Assembly: GCA_963848295.1 (NCBI GenBank) | Contig: CAWKDB010000004.1 | Span: 192,001 to 256,000, forward strand | Origin: an uncultured delta proteobacterium | GTDB taxonomy: Bacteria; Myxococcota_A; Polyangia; Haliangiales; Haliangiaceae | Length of the DNA stretch: 64,000 nt | Direction of reading: 5' to 3' | In this document: piece by piece, positions 1 through 11,156 of the stretch | How the letters are laid out: every line of letters starts with the position of its first letter | Position numbering within the stretch: the first letter of the stretch is position 1 | Notes under the pieces: generated by a model | What the model saw: only the letters and a program-made list of their open reading frames with translations | The model's database searches: none | Told to the model about the DNA's origin: nothing | Translations under genes and position numbers: made by a program

Positions 1-2631
1 GCGGGCTCGACGAGGTCCAGATCCGGGCGATCGAGGATCAGCGCGCGTACGTCGTGGAGCTCGAGCAGCGCCGCGCCGCGATCCTCGCGTCGGTCACCGA
101 GCAGGGCAAGCTCACGCCCGAGCTCGAGGCGAAGTTGCGCGCGGCCGGCGCGAAGTCCGAGCTCGAGGACCTGTACGCGCCGTATCGGCCGCGGCGCAAG
201 ACTCGCGCCTCGGTCGCGCGCGATCGCGGGCTGCGAGCCGCTCGCCGACAAGATCCTCGCGCAGGCGGGCGACGGCGATCCGGCCGCCGAGGCCGGCGCG
301 TTCGTGGCCGAGGGCGTCGCGACCGCGGCCGACGCGCTCGCGGGTGCGCGCGACATCGTCGCCGAGACGATCGCCGACACCGCCGAGGTTCGCGCATTCG
401 TCCGCGGCGAGCTCGCCGATCACGGCGAGCTGATCAGCGAGGTCGTGCCCGGTCAAGCGCCGACGAGCCGACGAAGTTCGAGCAGTACTATCACCACCGC
501 GAGCCGGTGAAGCAGATCCCATCGCACCGGTTCCTCGCGATCCGCCGCGGCGAGGCGGAAGGGGTGCTGCGCGCGCACGATCGCGGTCGACACTGCGAAG
601 GTCGAAGCGGGCATCTGGCGGCTCGCAACGCGCGGCGCGGCCAGCAGCGAATCGCCTTGGGCCGCCGAGCTCAAGCAAGCCGTCGTCGATTCGTTCAAGC
701 GCTTGCTCGCGCCGAGCGTCGAGAACGACGTGCGCGCCGAGCTCAAGACGCGCTCGGATATCGCCGCGGTCGACATCTTCGCCGGAAATTTGAAGAACCT
801 CATGCTCGCCGCGCCGCTCGGGCCCAAGGCCGTGCTCGGCGTCGATCCGGGCGTGCGCACCGGCTGCAAGTGCGCGGCGATCGACGCGACCGGCAAGTTC
901 ACCGGCACGGTGACCGTGTACATCTCACAAGGTGACGCCGAGCTCGCGAAGGCGAAGGACGCGTTACTCGCGGTCGTCCGCGAGCACGCGCCGCAGGCGA
1001 TCGCGGTCGGCAACGGCACCGGCGGGCGCGAGGCGGAGAGCTTCGTCAAGAAGGCGCTCGCCGAGGCGGGCCTGCGCGAAGGGCCCGACGCGCCGTTCGT
1101 CGTCCAGGTCAACGAAGCGGGTGCGAGCGTGTACTCGGCGAGCGACCTCGCCCGCGAAGAGTTCCCCGAATTGGATCTCACGATCCGCGGCGCGATCTCG
1201 ATCGCGCGCCGGCTCCAAGATCCGCTCGCCGAGCTCGTCAAGATCGAGCCGAAATCGATCGGCGTCGGCCAGTATCAACACGACGTCCACCAACCGTTGC
1301 TCGTCAAGCGCCTCGGCGACGTCGTCGAGAGCTGCGTCAATCACGTCGGCGTCGAGCTCAACACCGCGAGCGCGATGTTACTCGGTTACGTCGCGGGCAT
1401 CGGTAAGGCGCTCGCGAAGAAGATCGTCGTCCATCGCGATACCCACGGGGCGTTCGCGACTCGCGCGCAGCTGCTCGACGTCGCCGGCCTCGGGCCGAAG
1501 GCCTTCGAGCAGGCCGCCGGGTTCTTGCGCATTCACGGCGCGCCCAATCCGCTCGACGGCTCCGCGGTCCACCCCGAGCGCTACGAGCTGGTCGAGCAGA
1601 TCGCCAAGGACGCCGGCGTCGCCGTGCCCGAGCTGATCGGCAACCACGAGCTCGTCGACAAGATCGATTTCTCGAAGTACGTCACCGCCGACATCGGCGA
1701 GCCGACGCTGCGCGACATCGCCGCGGAGCTCGGTCGCCCGGGCCGCGACCCGCGCGCCGAGTTCTCGCCGCCGAAGTTCCGCGACGACGTCACGACGATG
1801 GAGGATCTCAAGCAGGGGATGGTGCTCGAGGGTGTGGTCACGAACGTCACGGCGTTCGGCGCGTTCGTCGACATCGGGGTCCACAACGACGGCTTGGTCC
1901 ACGTCTCTCAGCTCGCCGCGCAGTTCGTCAAGGATCCGGGCGAGGTCGTCAAGGTCGGCCAGAAGTTGACCGTGCGCGTGCTCGAGATCGATCACCAACG
2001 CAAGCGCATCGCACTGTCGGCCAAGCCACCGGCCCCGAAGCGCGAGCGCGAGCCGCGCGCCGAAGGTCAGCCACACCAGGGTCCGCGCAACGAGGGTACC
2101 CAGGGTCGTCGCGGTGGCGGTGGTGGCGGTCGTGGTCCGCGGCGCGACGAGGCACACGGTCAGGATCTGCACCCGATCGGTCCGCCACGCGAGCACCCGC
2201 CGCAGCAACAACGCGCGCCGCGTCGCGACGAAGGTCCGCAGCAACCCCGCGGCCCGCGCCCGCAGCACGTCGGCAATGGCAACGGCAACGGCGGTGGTGA
2301 CGACGGCGCGGGCTTTCCCCGCGCCGGCAGTGCCGCCGAAGGACGGCGCGCGGACAACGACGGTCCGCGCCGCGACTATCGCGACCGCGGAGGCAATAAC
2401 AACGGTCCGCGCCGCGACGACAATCGCGCTCCGCAGCACGCGCGCAGCGACGGTCCGCGCAACGACGGTCCGCGCAATGACGGTCCGCCGCGCGACGACC
2501 GCGGTCCGCGGCGCGGTAGTGACGACAATCGCGCGCCGCAGCGGCCGCCCGAAGACGAGACCAAGTGGGGCGTCGCGGGCTTCAAGAACAGTCCGTTCGC
2601 GAAGCTCAAAGGCGACGGGCCCAAGCGTTGA
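1..2631 (+). CDS. tex: Tex-family RNA-binding transcriptional accessory protein (5' partial; three apparent frameshifts near 235, 455, 578; long low-complexity C-terminal tail)
   Basis: Tex motifs spread over alternating frames: ELEDLYAPYRPRRKTRA, ALAGARDIVAE, SHRFLAIRRGEAEGVL, GVDPGVRTGCK, VNEAGASVYSAS, SIARRLQDPLAELVKIEPKSIGVGQYQHDV, S1 domain GVVTNVTAFGAFVDIGVHNDGLVHVSQ. Confidence 0.93.
2449..2487 (+). repeat. Short coding tandem repeat (GACGGTCCGCGCAAY x~2.6) encoding DGPRN units in the Tex tail
   Basis: gacggtccgcgcaac gacggtccgcgcaat gacggtccg read directly; further scattered GPRR/DDNRAPQ copies nearby. Confidence 0.8.
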
Positions 2632-3317
2632 CCGCGCACCTGCTCGATCTCGAGCTGATCATTCGCATCGCGGTCGGCACGTTGCTCGGCGCGGTGATCG
2701 GCTACGAACGCGACATCCACGGCCGACCCGCCGGGTTGCGCACGCACGCGCTGGTCGCGCTCGCGGCCTCGACGTTCATGGTCGTGTCGACGCACATGGT
2801 GTTCTTTCAGAACTACCACGACGGCGATCACGTCGAGATCGATGCGTCGCGCATCGCCGCATCGGTCGTGTCCGGCATCGGCTTTCTCGCCGGCGGTGCG
2901 ATCTTGCGCACCGGCCTGACGATCCAAGGCCTGACGACCGCGGCCGGCTTGTGGCTCGTCGCCGCGATCGGCTTGTGCTCGGGCAGCGGCATGTATATCG
3001 AGAGCGTCGCCGTGACCGCGTTCGGCATCGCGGCGCTGACGGTGCTGCGCCGGTTCGAAGACAAGGACGACCGCGTGCGGCGCAAGCTCACGCTCGTGCT
3101 CACCGAATCGGCGGCCGCAACGCAGACGCTCGTCGACAAGCTCGTCGCCGCGGATCTGTTCGCTGCGGTCGAAGGCTGGGACAACGACATCCACGGAGCG
3201 CGGCGCCAGCTCACGCTCTCGGTCCGTTTGCCCCGCGAGAGCGGCGAGCGCACGCTGCTCGAGCTCCTCGAGGCCGAGCCCGGTATCGCGCGCGTCCAAC
3301 TCGATCCGGCGAGTTGA
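2628..3317 (+). CDS. MgtC/SapB family membrane protein
   Basis: IGYERDIHGRPAGLRTHALV, RIAASVVSGIGFLAGGAIL, GLTTAAGLWLVAAIG; TTG start overlaps tex stop (TTGA). Confidence 0.92.
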   Translation: MTAHLLDLELIIRIAVGTLLGAVIGYERDIHGRPAGLRTHALVALAASTFMVVSTHMVFFQNYHDGDHVEIDASRIAASVVSGIGFLAGGAILRTGLTIQGLTTAAGLWLVAAIGLCSGSGMYIESVAVTAFGIAALTVLRRFEDKDDRVRRKLTLVLTESAAATQTLVDKLVAADLFAAVEGWDNDIHGARRQLTLSVRLPRESGERTLLELLEAEPGIARVQLDPAS

Positions 3318-3348
3318 TCGCGGTCAGCCACCGGCCTACGCTGGCGTG

Positions 3349-5271
3349 ATGCGGAGGGGCGTACTCGTCGTCGCGGTGGTCGCGGCATGCGGCAGCAAAC
3401 GCGCGCCAGCTGACGCGGGCAGGCCGACCGCGACGCGCGATGCGGCGGTCGTCGCGCGCGATTCGGCCACGCCGCCTGATGCCGCCGCCGCGGCGACGCG
3501 CGTCGAGCATGCGGTGTGGGACGCGGTCGACAATCGCCACACCGCGCACAGGTTCGTCCATGGCGAGCTCGTGATCGATGGCGCCGACATCGGCTTTTCG
3601 CGCTACACGCGATTCGGCGTGCCGGTCGCGCGCTGGCATCTCGGCCAGACCGTCGCGGGCGAGCGCGCGGCCATCGCGGATCGCCTCGCGTCACTCGAGG
3701 TCCCGCTCGGCGGCGACGCTGCCGCGGCGGCGACCTTGCTCACCGCCCGGATCCACGCCGAAGCCAAGCAGGCGGTCGCGCTCAAGATCAATGGTCGCCG
3801 CGGCGGCCGGCTCGCGAAAGCCGCGCTCGAGCCCGGCTGGCAGACGGTCGCGTTGTCGTTCGATCGCGGTCGGCTCGCCGCGGGAGAGAATCAGCTCGTG
3901 TTCGAGGCCTCGGGCGGCGGCAAGTCACCGATCGCGATCAGCTGGCTGCGGATCGGTGCACTACCGTCCGCTGCCGACGACGATCCGCGGACCGCCGCCG
4001 CGTTCGATGCGAAAGCCGACGCGATCGACCTCGCGAGCGACGCCGGGCTCGCCTGGTACATCACCGTTCCCGATGGCGCGAACTTGCTCGGCGACGTCGA
4101 GGGCCCGGCATGCCGGATCGAAGTGGCCGCGCGGGCGAGCGACGAGAGCTTCGCGGGCGGCCTGCTCGGCGGTGGCACGAACCGCATCGATCTGTCGTCG
4201 CTCGCCGGCAAGGTCGTGCGGCTCGCGCTCACCGCGCACGACTGTCCGCGTGCGCGCATCGCCCACCTCGCGATCACGGTGCACGCGCCGGCCCCGATCG
4301 CGGCGGCTGCGGCCGATCCGCCGCGGTTCGTGATCCTGTGGATCGTCGACGACCTGCGCGCCGATCGGCTCGCGGCGGTCGCGCCGCCGAATTGGGCCGA
4401 GCTCGAGCGCGCGAGCACCGAGTTCCGTCAGTTCTACGTCGAAGGCAACGAGGCGCGACTGTCGACCGCGCTCGCCGCTGCGGGCTATCTCACGATCGGC
4501 GTGACCGGTTCCGTGGACACGGCGCTCGCTCAGCTCGACAAGCATCGCGACAAGCCCGCGTACCTCGCGCTCGCCACCGCCGCGCCGCCGCTGGCGTGCT
4601 CGCCCGGCGGCGACGCCGAAAAACTCCGCGCGAGCTACGACGCGAGCATCGTCGCGACCGATCGCGAGCTCGGCCGGCTCGTCGCTCAGCTCAAGTCGTG
4701 GGCGATCTGGGACCAGACGATGTTGATCGTGACGTCGAACCACGGCGTCGACCTGCTCGAGGACGGCCGCTGCGGTCACGACGACCCGGCGCTGCCCGAA
4801 GCGATCGTTCACGTTCCGCTCGTCATCCACGATCCGCCGCGGTTTCCCGCCGGTGTCTCGGTCGACGAGGGCGTCGAGGGCGTCGATCTGTTGCCGACCA
4901 TGCTCGCCGCGATCGGCAAGCCGCCCCTCGCCGGCGCGCAAGGTGAGGCGCTCGAGCTCCTCGCCGAGGGCGTCGGGCGAGGGTGGGTCCGCCCGGCGTA
5001 CGCGTCGCTCGCGGGCGGTCACACGATGCGGATCGGCCGGTGGAAGATCGTCGTCGACAAGAGCGGCGTCGCGTCGATCGCCGATGTCGTCGCCCATCCG
5101 GACGAAGCGGTCGATGCCGCCGCGACGAACCCGATCGAGCTGCGCATGCTGACCGATGCGCTCGGCCTGTTCCTCGCGCAGCGCGCGCAATGGACGAAGC
5201 CGGCGTGGGGCGTCGTCACCGCGATGACCGCGACCGGTGCGGCGGCGCTCGACACCGCTTCGACCCGGTAG
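3349..5271 (+). CDS. Sulfatase-like lipoprotein (alkaline phosphatase superfamily), active site apparently degenerate
   Basis: Lipobox VAAC; VILWIVDDLRADRL, YDASIVATDRELGRL, TMLIVTSNHG, VHVPLVI, VDLLPTML; no C/SxPxR motif. Confidence 0.75.
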   Translation: MRRGVLVVAVVAACGSKRAPADAGRPTATRDAAVVARDSATPPDAAAAATRVEHAVWDAVDNRHTAHRFVHGELVIDGADIGFSRYTRFGVPVARWHLGQTVAGERAAIADRLASLEVPLGGDAAAAATLLTARIHAEAKQAVALKINGRRGGRLAKAALEPGWQTVALSFDRGRLAAGENQLVFEASGGGKSPIAISWLRIGALPSAADDDPRTAAAFDAKADAIDLASDAGLAWYITVPDGANLLGDVEGPACRIEVAARASDESFAGGLLGGGTNRIDLSSLAGKVVRLALTAHDCPRARIAHLAITVHAPAPIAAAAADPPRFVILWIVDDLRADRLAAVAPPNWAELERASTEFRQFYVEGNEARLSTALAAAGYLTIGVTGSVDTALAQLDKHRDKPAYLALATAAPPLACSPGGDAEKLRASYDASIVATDRELGRLVAQLKSWAIWDQTMLIVTSNHGVDLLEDGRCGHDDPALPEAIVHVPLVIHDPPRFPAGVSVDEGVEGVDLLPTMLAAIGKPPLAGAQGEALELLAEGVGRGWVRPAYASLAGGHTMRIGRWKIVVDKSGVASIADVVAHPDEAVDAAATNPIELRMLTDALGLFLAQRAQWTKPAWGVVTAMTATGAAALDTASTR

Positions 5272-5898
5272 CTAACCCTCGAGCGTGACGAACCCGTGCT
5301 TGACCGCGAAGCGGGTAAGCTCCGAGTTGTTGCGCACACCGAGCTTCTTCAGCACGTGACCGCGATGCGTATCGACCGTCTTGATGCTGATCGCGAGCTT
5401 CTCGGCGATCTCGCGGTTCGTCATGCCGCGGGCGAGCAGCTCCATCACCTGAAGCTCGCGGGCGGTCAGGGAGGCCGCGGGGTTGACATCGGACGTGGCG
5501 AGCAAGGGCTCGATGCCGGGAGGAATGACCTGCTCGCCGCGACTGACCGCACGGATCGCCTCGAGCAGCTCTTTGGGCTCGACCGACTTGTTGAGATAGC
5601 CGTGCGCGCCTGCGCCGATCGCACGGGCGGCGTAGCTCGGCTCGGTGTGCCAGGTCAAAACGACGGTGAGCGGAGCGGTCGGGTTCTCGCGCATCTCGGC
5701 CAGCACGTCGAACCCCGAGCGATCCGGGAGGTTGATGTCGAGGACGAGCACGTCCGGGTTGACGCTCTGAACGATCGCGAGGGTTTCAGCCGCGGTGCCG
5801 GCTTCACCGACGACCTCGATGTCGCTCGCCTTGCTGAGCGCCTCTCGCAGCGCCCAACGCACGATGGTGTGATCTTCAGCGAGTACAAGCCTGATCAT
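5272..5898 (-). CDS. NarL/LuxR-family DNA-binding response regulator
   Basis: Receiver domain (AEDH, LDINLP) plus LuxR HTH LTARELQVMELLARGMTNREIAEKLAISIKTVDTHR. Confidence 0.95.
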   Translation of the reverse strand: MIRLVLAEDHTIVRWALREALSKASDIEVVGEAGTAAETLAIVQSVNPDVLVLDINLPDRSGFDVLAEMRENPTAPLTVVLTWHTEPSYAARAIGAGAHGYLNKSVEPKELLEAIRAVSRGEQVIPPGIEPLLATSDVNPAASLTARELQVMELLARGMTNREIAEKLAISIKTVDTHRGHVLKKLGVRNNSELTRFAVKHGFVTLEG

Positions 5899-6000
5899 GA
5901 ACCCCTACCTACTTCACGAAACGAACATAGCAATTCATGCGCCCAAAGCCAAAGTCCCACCGGGATATCGTCGGGGTTCGGTTCGGGTAGAGTGGCCGCG

Positions 6001-6171
6001 ATGTCATCACCGTTGGTCGTCGGAATCGCTGGCGGAACCGGCTCCGGCAAGCCCACCGTGGCGCGCAGGCTCGCTGCGGCGATGCCGGCCGGGCGACGTG
6101 CCACGATCGAGCCCGCGCGCCACCTGCTCGACGTGTTGCTTGGCCGGCTCGGCCGGATCGCGTTCGAGTAG
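6001..6171 (+). pseudogene. udk: Uridine kinase remnant (56 codons, internal deletion)
   Basis: MSSPLVVGIAGGTGSGKPTVARRL matches the Udk N-terminal P-loop, joined directly to LLDVLLGRL, which resembles a C-terminal helix. Confidence 0.65.
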
Positions 6172-6180
6172 GATCGCGCA

Positions 6181-7131
6181 GTGGACGTGTTTCGCGGATA
6201 TCGCGAGGTTCCCGGTGGGCCGGCCTGGCCTGGTGCCGCGGTCGCGATCGGCAACTTCGACGGGGTCCACCTCGGCCATCGTGCGCTGATCGATCGAGCG
6301 CGCGCGCTCGCGACCGGCGACACCCGCGCGGTCGTGCTGACGTTCGATCCGCATCCTTCGGCCGTGCTGTCGCCGAACGGCGCACCGGCGAAGCTGTGCT
6401 CGCTCGCGCGGCGGCTCGAGCTCATCGCCGCCGGTGGCGCCGACGCGGTCGTCGTCGAGCCGTTCACGAAGGAGCTCGCGGCGCTCGCACCCGACGCGTT
6501 CGTCGACGACATCGTGCTCGGGGCGTTGCGCGCGCGCGCGATCGTCGTCGGCTACGACTTCAACTACGGCGCCGGGCGAGCCGGCACGACCGAAGCGTTG
6601 CGGGCGCACGGTGCGCGCAGGGGCGTCGCGGTCGACGTCGTGGCTGCCGTTGCATCGCAAGGCGAGGTCGCGAGCTCGACGAAGATCCGCGGGTTGTTGC
6701 GCGCTGGTGACGTCGCGAGTGCAGCTCGACTGCTCGGACGTTGGTGGGATGTCGACGGCGTCGTCGTCCACGGCGCGAAGCGCGGGCGTGCGATCGGTGT
6801 CCCGACGGCGAACGTCCAGCCCGACGAGCCCCTGCACGTGTTGCCCGGCATCTATGCGGTGCTGCTCGAGGTCGATGGCCAGCGCCTGCCTGCGGTTGCC
6901 AGCCTCGGGACGAACCCGACGTTCGTCGACGCGGGCGCGCTCGTCCTCGAGGTCCACGTCCTCGACTGGGATGGCGATCTCTACGACCGGCGCGTGCGAA
7001 TCGCGTTCGTCGCGCGGCTGCGCGGCGAGGAGAAATTCACTTCGGTCGATGCGCTGATCGCGCAGATCCAGCGCGATATCGCCGACGCGCGCGGTCCGTT
7101 GCAGCGAGCTGTTACAACGCCGCGACCATGA
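6181..7131 (+). CDS. ribF: Bifunctional riboflavin kinase / FAD synthetase
   Basis: IGNFDGVHLGH, LTFDPHP, VGYDFNYG, SSTKIR, GAKRGRAIGVPTAN, GTNPTF, EVHVLD, LRGEEKF. Confidence 0.97.
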   Translation: MDVFRGYREVPGGPAWPGAAVAIGNFDGVHLGHRALIDRARALATGDTRAVVLTFDPHPSAVLSPNGAPAKLCSLARRLELIAAGGADAVVVEPFTKELAALAPDAFVDDIVLGALRARAIVVGYDFNYGAGRAGTTEALRAHGARRGVAVDVVAAVASQGEVASSTKIRGLLRAGDVASAARLLGRWWDVDGVVVHGAKRGRAIGVPTANVQPDEPLHVLPGIYAVLLEVDGQRLPAVASLGTNPTFVDAGALVLEVHVLDWDGDLYDRRVRIAFVARLRGEEKFTSVDALIAQIQRDIADARGPLQRAVTTPRP

Positions 7132-7250
7132 GGTGGCCGGGTATCGCGGCTGCCGCGCCGCGGTCTCTGCGCGGACGGCGGTTGTCATGTCGCGCTCGTT
7201 TGCGGTTCGACGGCGAACATGGGCTGATGCGGTCCCCAGGGGAGCACCAC

Positions 7251-10059
7251 ATGCGTTTTCGCACGATAGCGTTGGCGGCCGGAATCTCGGCGGGCTTGAT
7301 CCAGACCGGCGACGCCTTCGCGCCGCGCAAGAAGATCGAGCAGCCGGTGGTCGCGGCGGGTCGCAACCTGCGCTCGCATCGCGATGTCGCCTATCCGGCG
7401 CCGAAACGCATCGCCGATCGCTTCCCCGGTTGGCGCGTGATCTGGGATCACGACACCGACGTGCCGCTCCGCATGTGGGGGCCGAACATGATCGTCGCGA
7501 ACGCGGTGGCGAGTCCGGCGGTGGCCGAGGCCGCGGCGCGGCGCTTCCTCGCGGACAACCTCGACATCCTCGCGCCGGGCGCGAGCGTCGGCGACTTCCA
7601 GCTCGTCGCGAACCAGCTCGGCGGCGCGAACGACATCCGCACGGTCGCGTTCGAGCAGTACGCGAACGGCCTGCGGGTGGTCGGCGGCAGCGTCGGGTTC
7701 GCGTTCAAGCACGATCACCTGAGCCTCGTCAGCTCGACCGCGTTACCGAACGTCTCGGTCGTGATGCCGACCCGCACGCTCGACCCCGGCACGATCGGCG
7801 ATCGCGCGGCGGCTTGGGTCAATCGCGCGCATCAGCGGCCGATGGCGGTGCGATCCACGGGCGGCGCGCGCACGATCGTTCCGCTCGTCTACGGGCGCGG
7901 CACCGCCGGCGTGCAGATCGATTATCGCGTCGCCGAGGTCGCCTCGGTCGAGGAGCAAGGCGAAGCTGGCCGATGGGACGTGTTCGTCGATGCGCAAACC
8001 GGCACGCCGATCGCGCGGCAATCGACGCTGCGGTTCGCGACCGGCCAGGTCGAGTACAACGTGCCTGACCGCTACCCACTGTCGACGCGCGGCCCGCAGC
8101 CCGCGCCGTTCGCCGACGTCACGGTCAACGGCACGAACGTGACGACCGCGCTCGACGGCGCCGTGACGTGGGCCGGGGCGGCCGCGTCGACCGTCGTCCC
8201 CGGGCTCGCCGGCACGTATGCCGCGATCACGAATCAGGCCGGTGCGCTCGTCACCGCATCGCTGTCGCTGCCGCCCGACGGTGCGACGGACTGGGATGAG
8301 TCGGCCGACGCGAATTCCGATGCTCAGCTCGACGCGTTCGTGTTCGAGAACACGCTCAAGCAGTTCGTGCTGACCCGGATCAATCCGAGCCTCGCGTGGG
8401 CGCTCAAGCAAGAGGACGTGTACGTCAACGAGAACATGACGTGCAACGCGTACTCGACCGGCGATGACATTCACTTCTTCATCGCCGGCTCCGACGGCGG
8501 TGACAACTGCGAGAACACCGGCCGGATCGCGGACGTCGTCTATCACGAGAGCGGTCACTCGGTGCACTACAACTCGATCATCCCGGGCCAGGGCGTGTTC
8601 GACTCGTCGCTCAGTGAAGGCCTCGCCGACACGATGGCGGTGTCGATCACCGGCGACCCCGGGGTCGCTCGCGGGTTCTTCCTCACCGACGCGCCGCTGC
8701 GCAACCTCGCGCCCGCGGTACCGAAGGTCTGGCCGAAAGACGCCGACGGCGAACCGCACGACGAAGGCGAGATCATCGGCGAGACGCTGTGGGATACGCG
8801 CGTCGCGCTGCAGGCCAAGCTCGGCGACGACGCCGGCTTCACCAAGTTCCTGTTGATCTACTACAGCGTGATGCAACGCTCGGCCGACATCCCGTCGACC
8901 TATCCCGAGGCGTTGCTCGGCGACGACGACGATGGCGACTTGACGAACGGCACGCCCGACGAGTGTGAGCTCGCGATCGCGTTTTCGACGCACGGCTTGT
9001 TCTCGGGGGCGTCGGCGACCGTGGCGCGTGACAACTACGACGTCTCGCTCACGGTCAACACGCCCGCGACGCTGACCGGCTGCGCGCTCCCCGCCATCGC
9101 CAGCGCAGAGCTCGATTGGACGGTGCGCGGCGGTAGCGGCGGCACGGTGCCGCTGACCGCGAATGGCTCGACGTTCACCGGCACGATCCCGACGCCGTCG
9201 GACGGCTCGGTGATCGACTATTCGATCACGGCGACGATGACGACCTCGGCGACCGTGGTCTACCCGCAGAACCCGGCGAACCCGATCTACGAGCTCTATG
9301 TGGGTGCGGTCACGCCGCTGCAATGCTTCGACTTCGAGTCCGGGTTCGAGGGCTGGACCCACGGCGGGACGCCGTCGGCGAGCGACGAATGGCAAGTCGG
9401 TCCGCCGCTCGGCGTCGGCGGCGACCCGAAGGCCGCGCATGGTGGCTCGAACGTGCTCGGGATCGATCTCGGCGACGACGACGGCGACTACAGCGACTCG
9501 ACCACGCAGTACGCCGAGTCCCCCGAGATCGATCTCCAGGGGCATGCCGCGGTGCGGTTGCAGTACTGGCGCTGGCTCGGCGTCGAGGACGGCGCGTACG
9601 ACCAGGCCACGATCTCGGCAAACGGCAGCGCTCAGTGGACGAACCGCGCGAGTCCGGGTCAGCCGCAGAGCGCGAACGAAGTGAACTTCACCGATCAGGA
9701 ATGGCAGTTCCAAGACCTCGACCTCGCCGCGGCGGTCAGTGGCCAGACCTCGGTGAAGCTGCGCTACTCGCTGGTCAGCGACGGCGGCGTGCATCTCGGC
9801 GGGTGGACGATCGACGACGTCTGCGTCGTCACCACCGATCCCGCGGCGCCTGCCTGCGGCAACGGCATCGTCGACAACGGCGAGGAGTGCGACGACGGCA
9901 ACGCGACGAGCGGCGACGGTTGCTCGGCGAGCTGCCAGCTCGAGACCGGTAGTCCGGGCGGCGGTTGTTGCTCGTCGACGAACCGCCCGAGCGGCGCGAT
10001 TCTTGATCGCGTTCGGGACGCTCGGCATCGTGCTGCGTCGCCGGCGGCGGGCCCGGTAG
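7251..10059 (+). CDS. Secreted M36/M4-like zinc metalloprotease with Cys-rich repeat and MYXO-CTERM anchor (frameshift near 10003)
   Basis: Signal peptide MRFRTIALAAG; propeptide FEQYANGLRVVGG; VVYHESGH + SLSEGLAD + [26 protein letters not shown] repeat; GGCC followed in the +1 frame by LIAFGTLGIVLRRRRRAR-TAG. Confidence 0.8.
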
Positions 10060-10109
10060 GCGCCCGTTCGCGCTCGCTCTGTCCGTGCGTTACCCTGGGA
10101 AGCGACCGG

Positions 10110-11156
10110 ATGTGGCGCTGCGGATTGGTCGTCGTCGCGAGCTGTGGTCGGATCGACTTCGACCCCGGCGCATCCTCGCGCCTCCACGTCGGGCCGCTGC
10201 CCGCCGAGACGCTCGTCGATTTTCCGCTCCTCGTCGTACTCGATGACACGCGCGCCGATCGCACGCTGATCGCGCCCGACGCATCGGACATGCGGTTCTA
10301 TGGAACCGATGGCACCGTGCTCGCCGACGAGATCGAGCAGGCTGGTTCACCAGGTGGCGCGCCGCTGCTCGCGTGGGTCCGGCTGCCCAGCGTCGCGAGC
10401 TCTATCGACCTCACCGTCGAGTACGGTCACTCCCCGCGGGCGACCTCGAGCGATTCGGCGTGGAGCGATTCGTACGCCGCGGTGTGGCACCTCGACGGCA
10501 GCGGCGATGTTCCCGACTCGACGACGAATGACGTCGGCGGTGTGGCGACAGGGACGACGCCGGTCGCCGGCCAGATCGGCGGCGCGCGGTTGTTCGATAA
10601 CACGGACCCCGACTCGATCGCCGTGCCCGGTGGTAAGACGCTCGCGTTGCCCGTCGTGACGGTGTCCGGCTGGATCAGCCCGACGTCGCTCTCGAGCACG
10701 AACCACTATGCGCTCGTATCGCGCGAATCGTTCGATAGCGGCGATGATGATTTCTGGCTCGCGGATACGATCGGTGGCGTCGCAGGCGACGAGTTCGAGA
10801 CCGACGCGAGCGGCGACGTCGCTTATACGTCGACGTACCCGGTCGATGTCGGCCGCTGGACGCATCTCGCGGCGACTGCCGATGGCGCGCAAGAAATCCT
10901 CTATGCCGACGGCGTCGCGGTGGGCTCGGGGCCGCTCGTCGGTCCGTTGCTATCCGATCCGAATCCGATCTTTCTCGGTGCGGATCGCAACGGCACTGCG
11001 CCCGAGGGTGAGCCCGATATCGATTTCGCGAACGGCGAGCTCGACGAGATCCGGATCGAAACCGTCGCGCGTTCGCAGGCTTGGATCACCGCCGACGACC
11101 TATCGCAGCGCGATCAGCTGATCACCTACGGCCCGGTGCTTTACGGCGCGCTCTAG
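10110..11156 (+). CDS. DUF2341 / LamG (concanavalin A-like) domain lipoprotein
   Basis: Short signal ..VVASCGRIDFD; DFPLLVVL..DASDMRF..LAWVRLP (DUF2341-like); AVWHL, WTHLAAT, GELDEIRI (LamG-like). Confidence 0.75.
   Translation: MWRCGLVVVASCGRIDFDPGASSRLHVGPLPAETLVDFPLLVVLDDTRADRTLIAPDASDMRFYGTDGTVLADEIEQAGSPGGAPLLAWVRLPSVASSIDLTVEYGHSPRATSSDSAWSDSYAAVWHLDGSGDVPDSTTNDVGGVATGTTPVAGQIGGARLFDNTDPDSIAVPGGKTLALPVVTVSGWISPTSLSSTNHYALVSRESFDSGDDDFWLADTIGGVAGDEFETDASGDVAYTSTYPVDVGRWTHLAATADGAQEILYADGVAVGSGPLVGPLLSDPNPIFLGADRNGTAPEGEPDIDFANGELDEIRIETVARSQAWITADDLSQRDQLITYGPVLYGAL

Noticed and set aside
6741..11156. 1471-aa protease-LamG fusion
   Set aside because: The N-terminus is a shadow of ribF, and a frameshift near 10003 hides the MYXO-CTERM stop; two genes.
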